From the NCBI GenBank assembly GCA_977020255.1, contig CDROCS010000253.1:3038001-3102000 (forward strand): DNA of 64,000 nt. The letters are read 5' to 3'. Position numbers and translations under genes: made by a program. Each line of letters begins with the position of its first letter. Position 1 is the first letter of the stretch. Origin of the DNA: Obrimoposthia wandeli. Lineage: Eukaryota. Below are positions 41,429 through 51,440 of this stretch, one piece after another. The notes beneath the pieces are model-generated. The model saw only the letters and a list, made by a program, of their open reading frames with translations. It ran no database searches and was not told the origin of the DNA.

Positions 41429-41461
41429 GAACTCTGGCTTTAGTGTTTGGTGTATAAGTAA

Positions 41462-42652
41462 CTACTCAACTTGGCAAACTAAACCTTTCAAATAATACCC
41501 TTCAGGGTAATTAGAAGAAATAGGGTGATCTGCAGCTTGTTGTAAACGTTCAACGAAGTAAGCTTTTCTTTTCGCATCTAAAGCGGCATCAGCAACAACT
41601 TTTTGAAATAAGCTTGCTTCCATCAACCCAGAGCAAGAAAATGTCAATAATAAACCACCAGGGTTTAATAACTGCATAGCTATCATGTTGATGTCTTTAT
41701 AACCCCTACAAGCACCGGTTAATTGCGCTTTTGACTCAACAAATTTAGGTGGGTCAAGAATGATCATATCAAAGGTACGCTTTTCTTCACGGTATCTTCG
41801 CAATAATTTAAAGACATCTTCTTTAACGAAAGATACATTAGCATCCGACAGGCCGTTTAAAGCAAGGTTACGTTTACCCATATCAAGAGCGTCTTGCGAT
41901 ACATCTACATTAATCACTTCTTTGGCATTATTTGCCGCACAGTGTAATGCGAATGTACTGGTATAAGAAAAACAATTTAAAACTGTTTTGTCTTTGGCAA
42001 ATTTACCTGCTGCAAGTCTAGAGTCACGTTGGTCTAAGTAAAATCCTGTTTTATGACCCGTCGCGATATCAACATGAATTTTTATGCCGTGTTCTTCAAT
42101 GATACATTCAGTTGAGTCTTGCGGCTCGGTTAACCAACCCGTTACCGGCTCTAAACCTTCTTTTTTACGTACATCAACATCTGAACGCTCATAAATATGA
42201 CAACCTGGATAAAGCTCGGTTAAGCAGTTAACAATGGTATAACGATGGAAATCTGCGCCGGCGCTAAGTAACTGACATACGATAAAATTATCATATATAT
42301 CAATAGTGACGCCCGGTAAACCATCTGATTCACCCGCGATTAAGCGATAGCCCGTTAATTTTCCTTGGGCAATAAACCAATCACGTCTTGCTTGAGCACT
42401 TTGTAATTTAGCAAAGAAAAAATCACGATCAATTTCTTCATGCTCGTCAAAGCTCCACACTCTAATTCTTATTTGAGATTCAGGTGAATAAGCACCTCTA
42501 GCTAACCAATTACCTTTACTATCCAATACATCAACTGTATCCCCAAGCATAGGGTTACCTTTGATTTTGTTCACTGCTTTCGAAAAAATCCATGGGTGTT
42601 TACGTAATAAAGATTTTTCACGACCAACATTTAAAGAAATTCTTGCTGACAT
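41462..42652 (-). CDS. rlmI: 23S rRNA m5C1962 methyltransferase
   Basis: [34 protein letters not shown]. Confidence 0.95.
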   Translation of the reverse strand: MSARISLNVGREKSLLRKHPWIFSKAVNKIKGNPMLGDTVDVLDSKGNWLARGAYSPESQIRIRVWSFDEHEEIDRDFFFAKLQSAQARRDWFIAQGKLTGYRLIAGESDGLPGVTIDIYDNFIVCQLLSAGADFHRYTIVNCLTELYPGCHIYERSDVDVRKKEGLEPVTGWLTEPQDSTECIIEEHGIKIHVDIATGHKTGFYLDQRDSRLAAGKFAKDKTVLNCFSYTSTFALHCAANNAKEVINVDVSQDALDMGKRNLALNGLSDANVSFVKEDVFKLLRRYREEKRTFDMIILDPPKFVESKAQLTGACRGYKDINMIAMQLLNPGGLLLTFSCSGLMEASLFQKVVADAALDAKRKAYFVERLQQAADHPISSNYPEGYYLKGLVCQVE

Positions 42653-42802
42653 AGGTCTATACTTACTTTTAATGAATAAATAACGTCGTAAAAAACAATG
42701 TCATTTATTCTGTGAAAGAGAAATTTGTGCCGATTTTAGTCAATGACAAGCTTAGGTGCAAACTTTACTGATAATAATACTGATTTAAGAAGAGAAACAT
42801 GT

Positions 42803-43072
42803 ATGAACGTTAGCTATATTGCGCATATTTCAGGAAGGGTTCAAGGGGTATACTTTAGAGCCTCATCTCAACAACAGGCCATTGAATATAGTTTAAGTGG
42901 CTATGCACGTAATTTAGCCGATGGTGATGTAGAGGTGCTACTTTGTGGTGAGCAAGAAAATATTGACAAAATGCTAGCGTGGCTGGCTCATGGGCCTGAA
43001 CAAGCTCAGGTGACAGGTATTCAACACAAAAAAGTACCTTGGCAAGAGCATCACTTTTTCTCTATAGGATAA
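42803..43072 (+). CDS. yccX: Acylphosphatase
   Basis: GRVQGVYFR, GYARNLADGDVE; divergent from rlmI; start at ATG 42803 preferred. Confidence 0.93.
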   Translation: MNVSYIAHISGRVQGVYFRASSQQQAIEYSLSGYARNLADGDVEVLLCGEQENIDKMLAWLAHGPEQAQVTGIQHKKVPWQEHHFFSIG

Positions 43073-43102
43073 TACTTAGTATTCAAGGTTATTATGTTGT
43101 TA

Positions 43103-43137
43103 TATACCCGCTCCACTTGAAGATGCTTACGGGTATA
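43103..43137. mobile_element. Collapsed 35-bp relic of family A
   Basis: TATACCCGCTCCACTTGAAGATGC joined directly to TTACGGGTATA. Confidence 0.8.
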
Positions 43138-43153
43138 TACAGTGGCTAACGCG

Positions 43154-43363
43154 TTATGGCTTTACAAAGCTAAAACGCTTTAGTGTTTTACCCTCTCGTT
43201 CAATCATTTCATCAAACATGGCCAAAGGGCGCAGCCAAATATCTTCTTTATTATCTGCCGGGTGATATACCACCATATATTCTTCAGTTTCACTATGTCT
43301 AGCAATATGAAGTACTTGGTAGTAACTACCTTTGAAGTGTTGATAGGTGCCTATTTTTAACAT
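43154..43363 (-). CDS. DUF1653 family protein
   Basis: GTYQHFKGSYYQVLHIARHSETEEYMVVY, WLRPLAMF. Confidence 0.88.
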   Translation of the reverse strand: MLKIGTYQHFKGSYYQVLHIARHSETEEYMVVYHPADNKEDIWLRPLAMFDEMIEREGKTLKRFSFVKP

Positions 43364-43398
43364 TATTTTATCTTATGAGTTGTTTGGAATGGAAAGTG

Positions 43399-43845
43399 TT
43401 AAAAAGGGTCTTTTAACACTTTATCAATAAACCACTTACCGTCACGCTGGATAATTGCTAGACGTTTAACATCCTTAATCCGGTCATCTTGGTAGTAGCC
43501 ATCAAAATAGACGGTGATATTGGCACTGCCTTTAAATTGTTCACGTATTTTAACACCGGCGCTATCTGGTTTTATTTCAACCTTGTCGTAAGACATATTA
43601 AATAAGTGGCGGGCTACCGCTCCCGGAGAACGGTAATGCAGAATAAGTCGTGCTAATTGAGGATTACAAACAGAGGCCGCTTTTTCAACGTTCTTTTCAT
43701 TATACAGGGCGTCAAAGAAGGCGATAGCAACTATTTCTGGATTATCAACCGTGGTGATTTTCTTCGTGTCATCTTTACCGCAAGCTGTTAATAAAGTAAT
43801 AGAACATAATAACAGTGCTAAGAGATAGTTTTGTAAATAGCGCAT
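43399..43845 (-). CDS. Hypothetical lipoprotein
   Basis: ATG at 43845 gives a signal peptide with lipobox LLTAC. Confidence 0.7.
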   Translation of the reverse strand: MRYLQNYLLALLLCSITLLTACGKDDTKKITTVDNPEIVAIAFFDALYNEKNVEKAASVCNPQLARLILHYRSPGAVARHLFNMSYDKVEIKPDSAGVKIREQFKGSANITVYFDGYYQDDRIKDVKRLAIIQRDGKWFIDKVLKDPF

Positions 43846-43941
43846 TGAAAGTAAGTCAAAAAAGAGAAAATTATCGTTCAATAATAGCGTAGTTGCTTTG
43901 TTAAAGTGAAGCTAAATATTAGCGCTAGTTGCTAAAAAAAT

Positions 43942-43961
43942 AAAAGGCACCTAAGTGCCTT
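43942..43961 (-). terminator. Terminator for cysK
   Basis: Minus strand AAGGCAC-TTAG-GTGCCTTTT then T run; directly abuts the family A element. Confidence 0.7.
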
Positions 43962-43964
43962 GTA

Positions 43965-44231
43965 TATACCCGCTCCACTTGAAGATGCTCGTTTCAGGAA
44001 GTCTGAGCGATTCATAATCAAGGCACATTTTTTTATTAAGGGTTATTTCCTTAAAAAGAAATGTAACGCAGAGTATGATTTGCTCAGCCTTCCCCAAGAG
44101 GCTGGTTTATAAACGCTTTATGCTGCGTTATTGATTTCGATAAGGGAATAACCATTCTCTTCAACCAATGCCTTGCCTAAAGACGTTTCTAATTCCAGCT
44201 GAATCCTGCATCTTCAAGTGGAACGGGTATA
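43965..44231. mobile_element. ERIC-like element family A, full-length, inverted relative to 10487
   Basis: TATACCCGCTCCACTTGAAG ... CTTCAAGTGGAACGGGTATA; in the cysK 3' region. Confidence 0.88.
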
Positions 44232-44263
44232 GAATAGAAGTATAAACTTACCTCAGTAGTAAA

Positions 44264-45244
44264 TTACTGAACCAGTTCTTTATCACTAAAGCTTTCACTA
44301 AAAAGTGCACTTGATAAGTAACGTTCAGCTGAACTTGGTAATATCACAACAATATTTTTACCTTTGTTTTCAGGACGTTCGGCAAGACGTTTGGCTGCAA
44401 TAACGGCTGCGCCAGATGAGATGCCAGCAAGGATGCCTTCTTCTTTCATTAAGCGATGCGCCATGGCAAATGCATCATCATTTGATACGAGTTCAACAGC
44501 ATCAACCATGTCTAAATCTAAGTTACCAGGAATAAAACCAGCGCCAATACCTTGGATTTTATGAGGACCCGGTGTTAACGCTTCACCAGCAAGTGCTTGA
44601 GTAATCACTGGAGAGTCTACCGGCTCAACAGCTACAGTAGTGATAGCTTTACCTTTGGTTAGCTTGAGATAGCGACTTGTACCCGTGAGGGTACCACCAG
44701 TACCCACACCAGCAACAAAGATATCGATATTACCATCGGTATCGTTCCAGATTTCTGGACCCGTAGTTTCTTCATGAATTTTAGGGTTAGCTGGATTGTC
44801 AAATTGGCCTAATAAAACATATTTTTCTGGGTCTGAGTCTTTAAGCTCTTGTGCTTTAGCAATAGCACCGCCCATCCCTTTAGCACCGTCAGTAAGTTCA
44901 ACTTTAGCGCCTAAAGCGGCTAGTAATTTACGGCGTTCTAAACTCATCGTACTAGGCATAGTCAAGGTAATGCCGTAGCCACGTGCTGCAGCAACAAACG
45001 CCAATGCAATACCGGTATTACCACTTGTTGGCTCAACAATTTCTTTTCCTGGGCTTAATAAACCTTTTTCTTCAGCATCCCAAACCATACTCGCGCCGAT
45101 ACGACACTTAACACTGAAGCTTGGATTTCTTGCTTCAATTTTGGCATAAACATTTGCGCCATTTTCAGCATCAATCACGCGATTTAATTTAACTAAAGGT
45201 GTATTACCGATGGCAGTGGTGTTGTCTTCGAATATTTTAGACAT
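44264..45244 (-). CDS. cysK: Cysteine synthase A
   Basis: [11 protein letters not shown] (PLP Lys), [22 protein letters not shown]. Confidence 0.97.
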   Translation of the reverse strand: MSKIFEDNTTAIGNTPLVKLNRVIDAENGANVYAKIEARNPSFSVKCRIGASMVWDAEEKGLLSPGKEIVEPTSGNTGIALAFVAAARGYGITLTMPSTMSLERRKLLAALGAKVELTDGAKGMGGAIAKAQELKDSDPEKYVLLGQFDNPANPKIHEETTGPEIWNDTDGNIDIFVAGVGTGGTLTGTSRYLKLTKGKAITTVAVEPVDSPVITQALAGEALTPGPHKIQGIGAGFIPGNLDLDMVDAVELVSNDDAFAMAHRLMKEEGILAGISSGAAVIAAKRLAERPENKGKNIVVILPSSAERYLSSALFSESFSDKELVQ

Positions 45245-45388
45245 ATTGGATCCTGTAAATTAGTTACTTCAATAGCTTAATGGTAGCTAGTTGTTATAAA
45301 AAAAGAAGTGATATTTTGTTATAACTTATATTGCTATAGAGCAAAAAAGTATAGAAAGCTCATTTTCTGATATTACTTAAATGTAGAG

Positions 45389-45811
45389 TTAGTGTTTAGT
45401 TCGTTTTGCTTTTAATTGTAAAGCACCTTGCTGGTCAAACATTGATAACTCACCCTTATTGAGTTGAAAGTGTTTAACTTTGCTAAGTGCTTGTAATAAA
45501 TTTTTTTCTTGTTCCATTAGCGAGGGTATACACATTTTTCGAGTGGTTGCTATTGGGGCAATCTTTAAAGTATTGTTTTGAGAGCTATAGCTGGTTGATA
45601 GATTATTACATGATGCTGATCCTGTTAGCTTATTTTCGCTAGTAAAAACTAATTTAACCTTACTTTTAGCAATAACGGTTTTACCTTGGATTGAACCAAC
45701 AAGCCAGCTGCCTGGTAATGTTTCTAGAGATGGAAGGGCAGAGGAACTATTACAAGCCGTTAGTGTTGTCGATATAGCAACTAATAATGCTAGTCGTTTG
45801 ATGTATTTCAT
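45389..45811 (-). CDS. META-domain (HslJ-like) lipoprotein
   Basis: Lipobox LTAC; GSASCNN, IATTRKMC, EQEKNLLQAL. Confidence 0.85.
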   Translation of the reverse strand: MKYIKRLALLVAISTTLTACNSSSALPSLETLPGSWLVGSIQGKTVIAKSKVKLVFTSENKLTGSASCNNLSTSYSSQNNTLKIAPIATTRKMCIPSLMEQEKNLLQALSKVKHFQLNKGELSMFDQQGALQLKAKRTKH

Positions 45812-45947
45812 AGAAATTCCTATATTGCGTTATGATCCATAAAATATCAAAACGCGGTGAAGAGGGGGTTAGTGTTAATCAATTGTTTATAAAACTCAAG
45901 TGCTTAGTTGGTTATGGACCGGCAGTACAGGCAATCTTTTGTTTTTA

Positions 45948-46007
45948 TTCCCCAAGGGGCTGGTTTATAAACGCTTTATGCTGTGTTATTGATTTCGACA
46001 ATAGAAT
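45948..46007. repeat. Internal fragment of family A element
   Basis: CCCCAAGGGGCTGGTTTATAAACGCTTTATGCTG.GTTATTGATTTCGA matches 44092-44141. Confidence 0.75.
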
Positions 46008-46126
46008 CAGAAAGGTAGTCGCAATAAAAAGACAGTTTATGAATTAAATGAAGTTGTTGGTCAATGAAATTTGTTGGCGTATAATCTTGCTTTTAGTTAT
46101 CCCCGTTACCTATTAAGGAATAGACT

Positions 46127-46861
46127 TTGCCTTTCACCCTAGTCGATATTTTAGCTCTATCTGTTTTTATTGTCGCTTGGTATGGCTATACCGTATTTGC
46201 ACGCAGAAAAGCCAAGACAACTGATTGCATTGCACGCTCATTGCATCAACATCGAATTCATTGGATGTATGAAGTTATTTCACGAGAAGTAAGAGTATCA
46301 GAAGCTGCCTTACTCGCCAATTTAGAACGTAATATTGCTTTTTTTGCTTCTAGCACGTTGTTAATTCTGGCAGGTACTTTTACTTTGTTTGCCAAAGTAG
46401 AAACATTAGAGGTAGTTATTTCTTCCCTACCTTATGCCGCCGTTGTGAATCATTTGGCAATACAATTAAAACTTAGTTTATTAGTCTTTATTTTTGTAAT
46501 CTCTTTTTTCCAATTTACCTGGTCTATGCGCCAATACGGATTTTTAAATGTAATGATAGGGGCAACACCTTTTGACCTTTCGGGTAAAAATGAGAATTTA
46601 ACCGCTTATGCAAAACAAATGGCAATTGTGCAAGACCAAGCTGCTCACTCTTACAACTACGGATTAAGGTCTTATTACTTTGCATTAGCTGCTATGTGTT
46701 GGTTTTTTCATCCCTTTTTACTAATATTTATGAGCTTGTGGGTTGTTTATACTTTATATACACGAGAGTTTAATTCGAAGGCGGTTAAAGCGATCACTAC
46801 CGCTCAGAGTTTGTTACATCAAGAACGCCAGTTAAAAAATGAGAAAAAAACAAGTGCCTAA
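46127..46861 (+). CDS. DUF599 family membrane protein
   Basis: HRIHWM, NLERNIAFFASSTLL, YNYGLRSYYF. Confidence 0.8.
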   Translation: MPFTLVDILALSVFIVAWYGYTVFARRKAKTTDCIARSLHQHRIHWMYEVISREVRVSEAALLANLERNIAFFASSTLLILAGTFTLFAKVETLEVVISSLPYAAVVNHLAIQLKLSLLVFIFVISFFQFTWSMRQYGFLNVMIGATPFDLSGKNENLTAYAKQMAIVQDQAAHSYNYGLRSYYFALAAMCWFFHPFLLIFMSLWVVYTLYTREFNSKAVKAITTAQSLLHQERQLKNEKKTSA

Positions 46862-47342
46862 AAAATATCAAGAGTATTCCATTGAAGACTTTGATAAATT
46901 TGATTGCTTAAAGTTATCAAAGCGCTTTTATTTGGTATTACTATTTGTCTTACGTGGTTATCTAGTATGGCTTATGTCTGTAACCAATATGAAAGATAGA
47001 GTGGCAACCATGCAATGGATATACCCAGAAACAAGCTTATTTTTTCTTAGCTTGGTATCAGGCGTTATTGGTTTATGTGTTGTTGTTATTATCAGTTTAC
47101 GTCGACCAAATGCAGCTACTTGGGTCAAAGCTATTTGGCCTTATTGCCGAACAATGTTGGTGATGGCGCTAATTTTTGACTTGAGCATTAACCTCATTGG
47201 TTTTTTCTACTGGCAATTAACTTCAATGGTATGGTTAGTTTGCCAAGGACTTATTGTCTTTGCATTAATTGCGTTATGTTTTACCAGTAAACGTATGCAG
47301 ATTAACTTGGTCGAATTTCCCCAAATATTACCTGAAAAATGA
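46839..47342 (+). CDS. DUF2919-like membrane protein
   Basis: YSIEDFDKFDCLK, LRGYLVW; 3-4 TM segments. Confidence 0.65.
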   Translation: MRKKQVPKKYQEYSIEDFDKFDCLKLSKRFYLVLLFVLRGYLVWLMSVTNMKDRVATMQWIYPETSLFFLSLVSGVIGLCVVVIISLRRPNAATWVKAIWPYCRTMLVMALIFDLSINLIGFFYWQLTSMVWLVCQGLIVFALIALCFTSKRMQINLVEFPQILPEK

Positions 47343-47402
47343 TACTAAAATAATCATCAAATAAAATTTAATCGTGACTCATATTACAGAGAAGGCTCGT
47401 CA

Positions 47403-48173
47403 GTGAATAATATAACCGATACTCAACATTCAGAGAAAGACAAAAGATTAATCATTTTAGATACAGAGACTACAGGTATCAATCCCAGAGAAGGGCATCG
47501 AATTGTAGAGATTGGCTGTGTCGAGATGATAAATCGTCAACTAACTGGACGAACCTATCACGCCTATATCAAACCACTTGATCAACGTGGTCAAGTATTT
47601 GTAATGGATCAAGAAGTTATTAATATTCATGGTTTAACCAATGAATTTCTTAATGATAAGCCCATTTTTTCTCAAGTTGTTCATGAGTTTATTGATTTTA
47701 TCCGTGGTGCAGAGTTAGTCATACATAATTCCAAGTTTGACGTTGGTTTTATGGACCATGAGTTTTCTTTGTTTAATTCGATGGGACGAAGCCAAGATAA
47801 AGTCCCAATGACACAAGACATCTGTACCATTACCGATACCTTGAAAGTATCAAAAGACGAATTGGGCTCTCCAAAAACTTTAGATTACTTAGCGCGATTT
47901 TACCGAGTAGACAAGTTAGTAGACCGTACCTATCACGGGGCCTTGATAGATGCGCAATTATTGGCATATGTCTATATTGAAATGACGCGTAAGCAATCAA
48001 GCTTTAATTTGTCAGCAGGTGAGGCCGGCAATGCAGATGCTAATGCAATCAGAAGAGTCTCTTCGGCTAGGAATAAATTAAAGATTATTGCTGCTTCGGC
48101 CGATGAATTAGAAGCACATACAGAGAGAGTAGCTGTAATCGGTAAAAAAGGAGGAGATCCACTTTGGAAATAA
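47403..48173 (+). CDS. dnaQ: DNA polymerase III epsilon subunit
   Basis: ExoI LDTETTG, ExoII HNSKFDVGFMD, ExoIII HGALIDAQLL; C-terminal ELEAH tail. Confidence 0.96.
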   Translation: MNNITDTQHSEKDKRLIILDTETTGINPREGHRIVEIGCVEMINRQLTGRTYHAYIKPLDQRGQVFVMDQEVINIHGLTNEFLNDKPIFSQVVHEFIDFIRGAELVIHNSKFDVGFMDHEFSLFNSMGRSQDKVPMTQDICTITDTLKVSKDELGSPKTLDYLARFYRVDKLVDRTYHGALIDAQLLAYVYIEMTRKQSSFNLSAGEAGNADANAIRRVSSARNKLKIIAASADELEAHTERVAVIGKKGGDPLWK

Positions 48174-49531
48174 ATAAGCATCATTATTCCAACTTACCAT
48201 TAAATAAAACATTGAAGCTGATTGCTTTTGTATTTACCATTATTGCAGCATTCAATGCTGTGGCATTCTCTAATAGTGATATAGAAAGTAAGGATGAGAA
48301 CAATAAGCTTAATAAAACTACGGTTGAATATTATCAGAAAGATAATATAACGAATCAAATACCGTACTTTGATAACCGTTTTCGTTTGGATGCTAATTTA
48401 GAAGAAATAACGCTAATTTTTTATCGTAAAAGTGGCAGTACACCTATTATCCTGATCAGACCTGATGGGAGTAAAATAAGAGTAAACCAATTTGATCATG
48501 AAAAAGTCCAGTGGTTTGATGACAGCACCTTTGACATGATTAAGATTAAAAAACCTATGCCAGGTCCTTGGCAAGCAGTGGGTGATATTTTACCTAATAG
48601 CCAGATATCAGTAATATCTGATGTGAAAATTGCAGTAAAGCCCTTACCTGATATTACCTTTTCAGGTGAGACGCTAAAAGTGGAAGGCAAACTCTTTAAT
48701 GGTGATAATGCGATAAAAAGTCCATATTTTAAAAACGTTGTTAAACTAGACGTCAATTTTTACAGTACCAACAACTCCCTTTATGAAAATTTTGGTGCCG
48801 ATGCTATTAAGGTAACTTCTTTTCGCGATGATGGTCATGGCTTAGATGAATATGCCAATGATAATATTTTTACGGGAGAGTTTATCCTAGATTTCCCTCC
48901 TGGGGAGTGGCAGCCTGTTTACTATGTAAAACTGCCAATGACAACACGTGAACTAAGACAAACGCCGATCTTGTTATACAAAACACCGGTAGAGATCAGT
49001 GTTGTTAAATCTGAAGATGTCGAAAAACCTCATCAATTACTCTTATCTATAGATTCTAGTTTTGTCGATCCTAACAGTCTAGTGTTTCAGGGGAAGTTTA
49101 CTTTTCCAGACCGACAAATTGAATCTTTTTCTATTATGGAAGAAAGTGGTGGAAGTAGAACTACCACGATTACTAATACAGAGCCGGGTATATACCGAGT
49201 AAATGTCAGTGCCTTTGGTAAAACGATTTCAGGACGTGAGTTTCGCTTAGTTGTACCAGAATTTAGTTTTAATGTAGAAGACGATAATAATGTGCTTAAT
49301 ACCAGCAATGCAGTGAATGCTGATGGGACAGTTACCATAATTGCAACTGCCGATGAGTTACTCATTAAAGCAGAGCAAGATAAAGCAGAGGCTTTGTTCG
49401 CGCTACAACAAACAAAAGATGCAAAAGAGCAAGAAACTATTATAATTATTGCCGCGGGTAATAGTGTCATTATCCTAATTGCGGTTGTTTTGTTCTTTAC
49501 TTTACGACGAAAAAAAATAAAAACTAAATAA
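48164..49531 (+). CDS. TIGR03503-like conserved exported protein with C-terminal TM anchor
   Basis: FDNRFRLD, PMPGPWQAVG, FRDDGHGLDE..NDNIFTG; start codon uncertain. Confidence 0.7.
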   Translation: MEINKHHYSNLPLNKTLKLIAFVFTIIAAFNAVAFSNSDIESKDENNKLNKTTVEYYQKDNITNQIPYFDNRFRLDANLEEITLIFYRKSGSTPIILIRPDGSKIRVNQFDHEKVQWFDDSTFDMIKIKKPMPGPWQAVGDILPNSQISVISDVKIAVKPLPDITFSGETLKVEGKLFNGDNAIKSPYFKNVVKLDVNFYSTNNSLYENFGADAIKVTSFRDDGHGLDEYANDNIFTGEFILDFPPGEWQPVYYVKLPMTTRELRQTPILLYKTPVEISVVKSEDVEKPHQLLLSIDSSFVDPNSLVFQGKFTFPDRQIESFSIMEESGGSRTTTITNTEPGIYRVNVSAFGKTISGREFRLVVPEFSFNVEDDNNVLNTSNAVNADGTVTIIATADELLIKAEQDKAEALFALQQTKDAKEQETIIIIAAGNSVIILIAVVLFFTLRRKKIKTK

Positions 49532-49638
49532 AATTAAGACTATCTAGTAATTATTTTAGCTAAACAGGCGAAATAAGCTTGGATTTTCATCGTATTGCTC
49601 GCCAAATGGTCAAGCAGTGATTTTTATTAAAAAAGTGG

Positions 49639-49667
49639 TTGACTGCGCCGCGTCATAACCGTATTAT
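49639..49667 (+). promoter_or_regulatory. sigma70 promoter of the tRNA array
   Basis: TTGACT-N17-TATTAT then GC-rich CTCGCCGC discriminator. Confidence 0.8.
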
Positions 49668-49712
49668 CTCGCCGCATTCAACGACATGTTGTTGATGCAG
49701 ACAAAATATCGT

Positions 49713-49789
49713 GGAGTGGTAGTTCAGTTGGTTAGAATACCGGCCTGTCACGCCGGGGGTCGCGGGTTCGAGTCCCGTCCACTCCGCCA
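49713..49789 (+). tRNA. tRNA-Asp(GTC) copy 1
   Basis: 77-nt cloverleaf GGAGTGG...CCTGTCACG...GGTTCGAGTCC...CCACTCCGCCA. Confidence 0.98.
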
Positions 49790-49855
49790 ATTTTGTTAAA
49801 ATCATCATAGCTGATGCGAAGAGAGCTTCGTTAAACACTCAAAACGAAAAGCAGC

Positions 49856-49932
49856 GGAGTGGTAGTTCAGTTGGTTAGAATACCGGCCTGTCACGCCGGG
49901 GGTCGCGGGTTCGAGTCCCGTCCACTCCGCCA
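49856..49932 (+). tRNA. tRNA-Asp(GTC) copy 2
   Basis: Identical to copy 1. Confidence 0.98.
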
Positions 49933-49998
49933 ATTTTGTTAAAATCATCATAGTTGATGCGAAGTGATATTCGTTAAAGTATCAAAGCAAAAAACAGC

Positions 49999-50075
49999 GG
50001 AGTGGTAGTTCAGTTGGTTAGAATACCGGCCTGTCACGCCGGGGGTCGCGGGTTCGAGTCCCGTCCACTCCGCCA
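49999..50075 (+). tRNA. tRNA-Asp(GTC) copy 3
   Basis: Identical to copy 1. Confidence 0.98.
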
Positions 50076-50141
50076 ATTTTGTTAAAATCATCATAGTTGA
50101 TGCGAAGTGATATTCGTTAAAGTATCAAAGCAAAAAGTAGC

Positions 50142-50218
50142 GGAGTGGTAGTTCAGTTGGTTAGAATACCGGCCTGTCACGCCGGGGGTCGCGGGTTCGA
50201 GTCCCGTCCACTCCGCCA
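50142..50218 (+). tRNA. tRNA-Asp(GTC) copy 4
   Basis: Identical to copy 1. Confidence 0.98.
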
Positions 50219-50284
50219 ATTTTGTTAAAATCATCATAGTTGATGCGAAGTGATATTCGTTAAAGTATCAAAGCAAAAAGTAGC

Positions 50285-50361
50285 GGAGTGGTAGTTCAGT
50301 TGGTTAGAATACCGGCCTGTCACGCCGGGGGTCGCGGGTTCGAGTCCCGTCCACTCCGCCA
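50285..50361 (+). tRNA. tRNA-Asp(GTC) copy 5
   Basis: Identical to copy 1. Confidence 0.98.
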
Positions 50362-50427
50362 ATTTTGTTAAAATCATCATAGTTGATGCGAGGTGATATT
50401 CGTTAAAGTATCAAAGCAAAAAACAGC

Positions 50428-50504
50428 GGAGTGGTAGTTCAGTTGGTTAGAATACCGGCCTGTCACGCCGGGGGTCGCGGGTTCGAGTCCCGTCCACTCC
50501 GCCA
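50428..50504 (+). tRNA. tRNA-Asp(GTC) copy 6
   Basis: Identical to copy 1. Confidence 0.98.
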
Positions 50505-50612
50505 ATTTTGTTAAAATCATCATAGTTGATGCGGGTTGTAAGTCCTGCTAAAATTTATAAAAGAAAAAGGTCGCGATTATTTATTTAGTTGTGATTTATA
50601 AGCAAAGATCGC

Positions 50613-50689
50613 GGAGTGGTAGTTCAGTTGGTTAGAATACCGGCCTGTCACGCCGGGGGTCGCGGGTTCGAGTCCCGTCCACTCCGCCA
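50613..50689 (+). tRNA. tRNA-Asp(GTC) copy 7
   Basis: Identical to copy 1; longer, different preceding spacer. Confidence 0.98.
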
Positions 50690-50739
50690 ACTTTGTATTA
50701 AAGAGTTCGTTTTAAAACTTCTATCTGAATTCCTGTCGT

Positions 50740-50835
50740 AAAAATCCAAAAATCCAAAAATCCAAAAATCCAAAAATCCAAAAATCCAAAAATCCAAAAA
50801 TCCAAAAATCCAAAAATCCAAAAATCCAAAAATCC
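50740..50835. repeat. Perfect microsatellite (AAAAATCC)x12
   Basis: 96 bp = 12 exact 8-mers. Confidence 0.97.
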
Positions 50836-51103
50836 ATCTAACTATTATTTAATTTATTCAAATTATTGTCTTTTGATATAAATTACCCAACATCTATATA
50901 TACCTATCTAAATATTTCCCTTCTTTTTAACGAAATAATTTATTGCTCACTTAACGAGAACTAAAAGCCTTAGAGGCAAGGAAATAATTTAAGTATAGTC
51001 ATATCTATATTTTGATTCTTTAACACGTTATAAAGTGACTTTAAGCCCATCAAAGAGTACTTTAGCAACACCACTACATAGTTACCGCTCTTTGTAAGGA
51101 CGT

Positions 51104-51222
51104 TGCATTGATCTAGTGTATTAGAGAATGCAGAAGCATACTCTCCTGAATTAGTCTTACTACAAATATGCGTCTTTGATTGAGATTGCTTAAGCACTCT
51201 GAAACCTGCATCTTGATTGGTA
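51104..51222. repeat. Decayed relic of the cassette-bearing family A element
   Basis: AAGGACGTT...TTAGAGAATGCAG.AGCA...CTCCTGAAT resembles 40655-40709; CTGAAACCTGCATCTT at about 51198 resembles the terminus. Confidence 0.55.
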
Positions 51223-51368
51223 ACAGTTATAAACCAAGTTCTATCTATACTTTTAGTTTTACCACTACTTTTCTACTAAGTATTACTTAAAATTATTTAC
51301 GCTAATATCTTCCATTTTATGTTTAAAACGAGAGACAATTTTTAAAAAAGATAAAAAACAGCTTGTGT

Positions 51369-51385
51369 TAGTGGTATGACCAGTG
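51369..51385. promoter_or_regulatory. FadR-type operator
   Basis: TAGTGGTATGACCAGTG vs E. coli fadB FadR site ATCTGGTACGACCAGAT; 55 bp upstream of an acyl-CoA dehydrogenase. Confidence 0.65.
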
Positions 51386-51440
51386 CTTTAATCTAGTTAT
51401 ATAATTATAAATAGAACACTAAAGTTGTCGGAGAAGAGTA

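Noticed and set aside
49653-49838. 61-aa minus-strand ORF (AEWTGLEPATPGVTGRYSNQLNY)
   Set aside because: Antisense reading of the tRNA gene
49713-50689. Regular repeat-spacer pattern resembling a CRISPR array
   Set aside because: Repeats are complete 77-nt tRNA-Asp genes, spacers are near-identical rather than unique, and there are no cas genes
50970-51197. 75-aa minus-strand ORF
   Set aside because: Overlaps a decayed MITE relic; no motif
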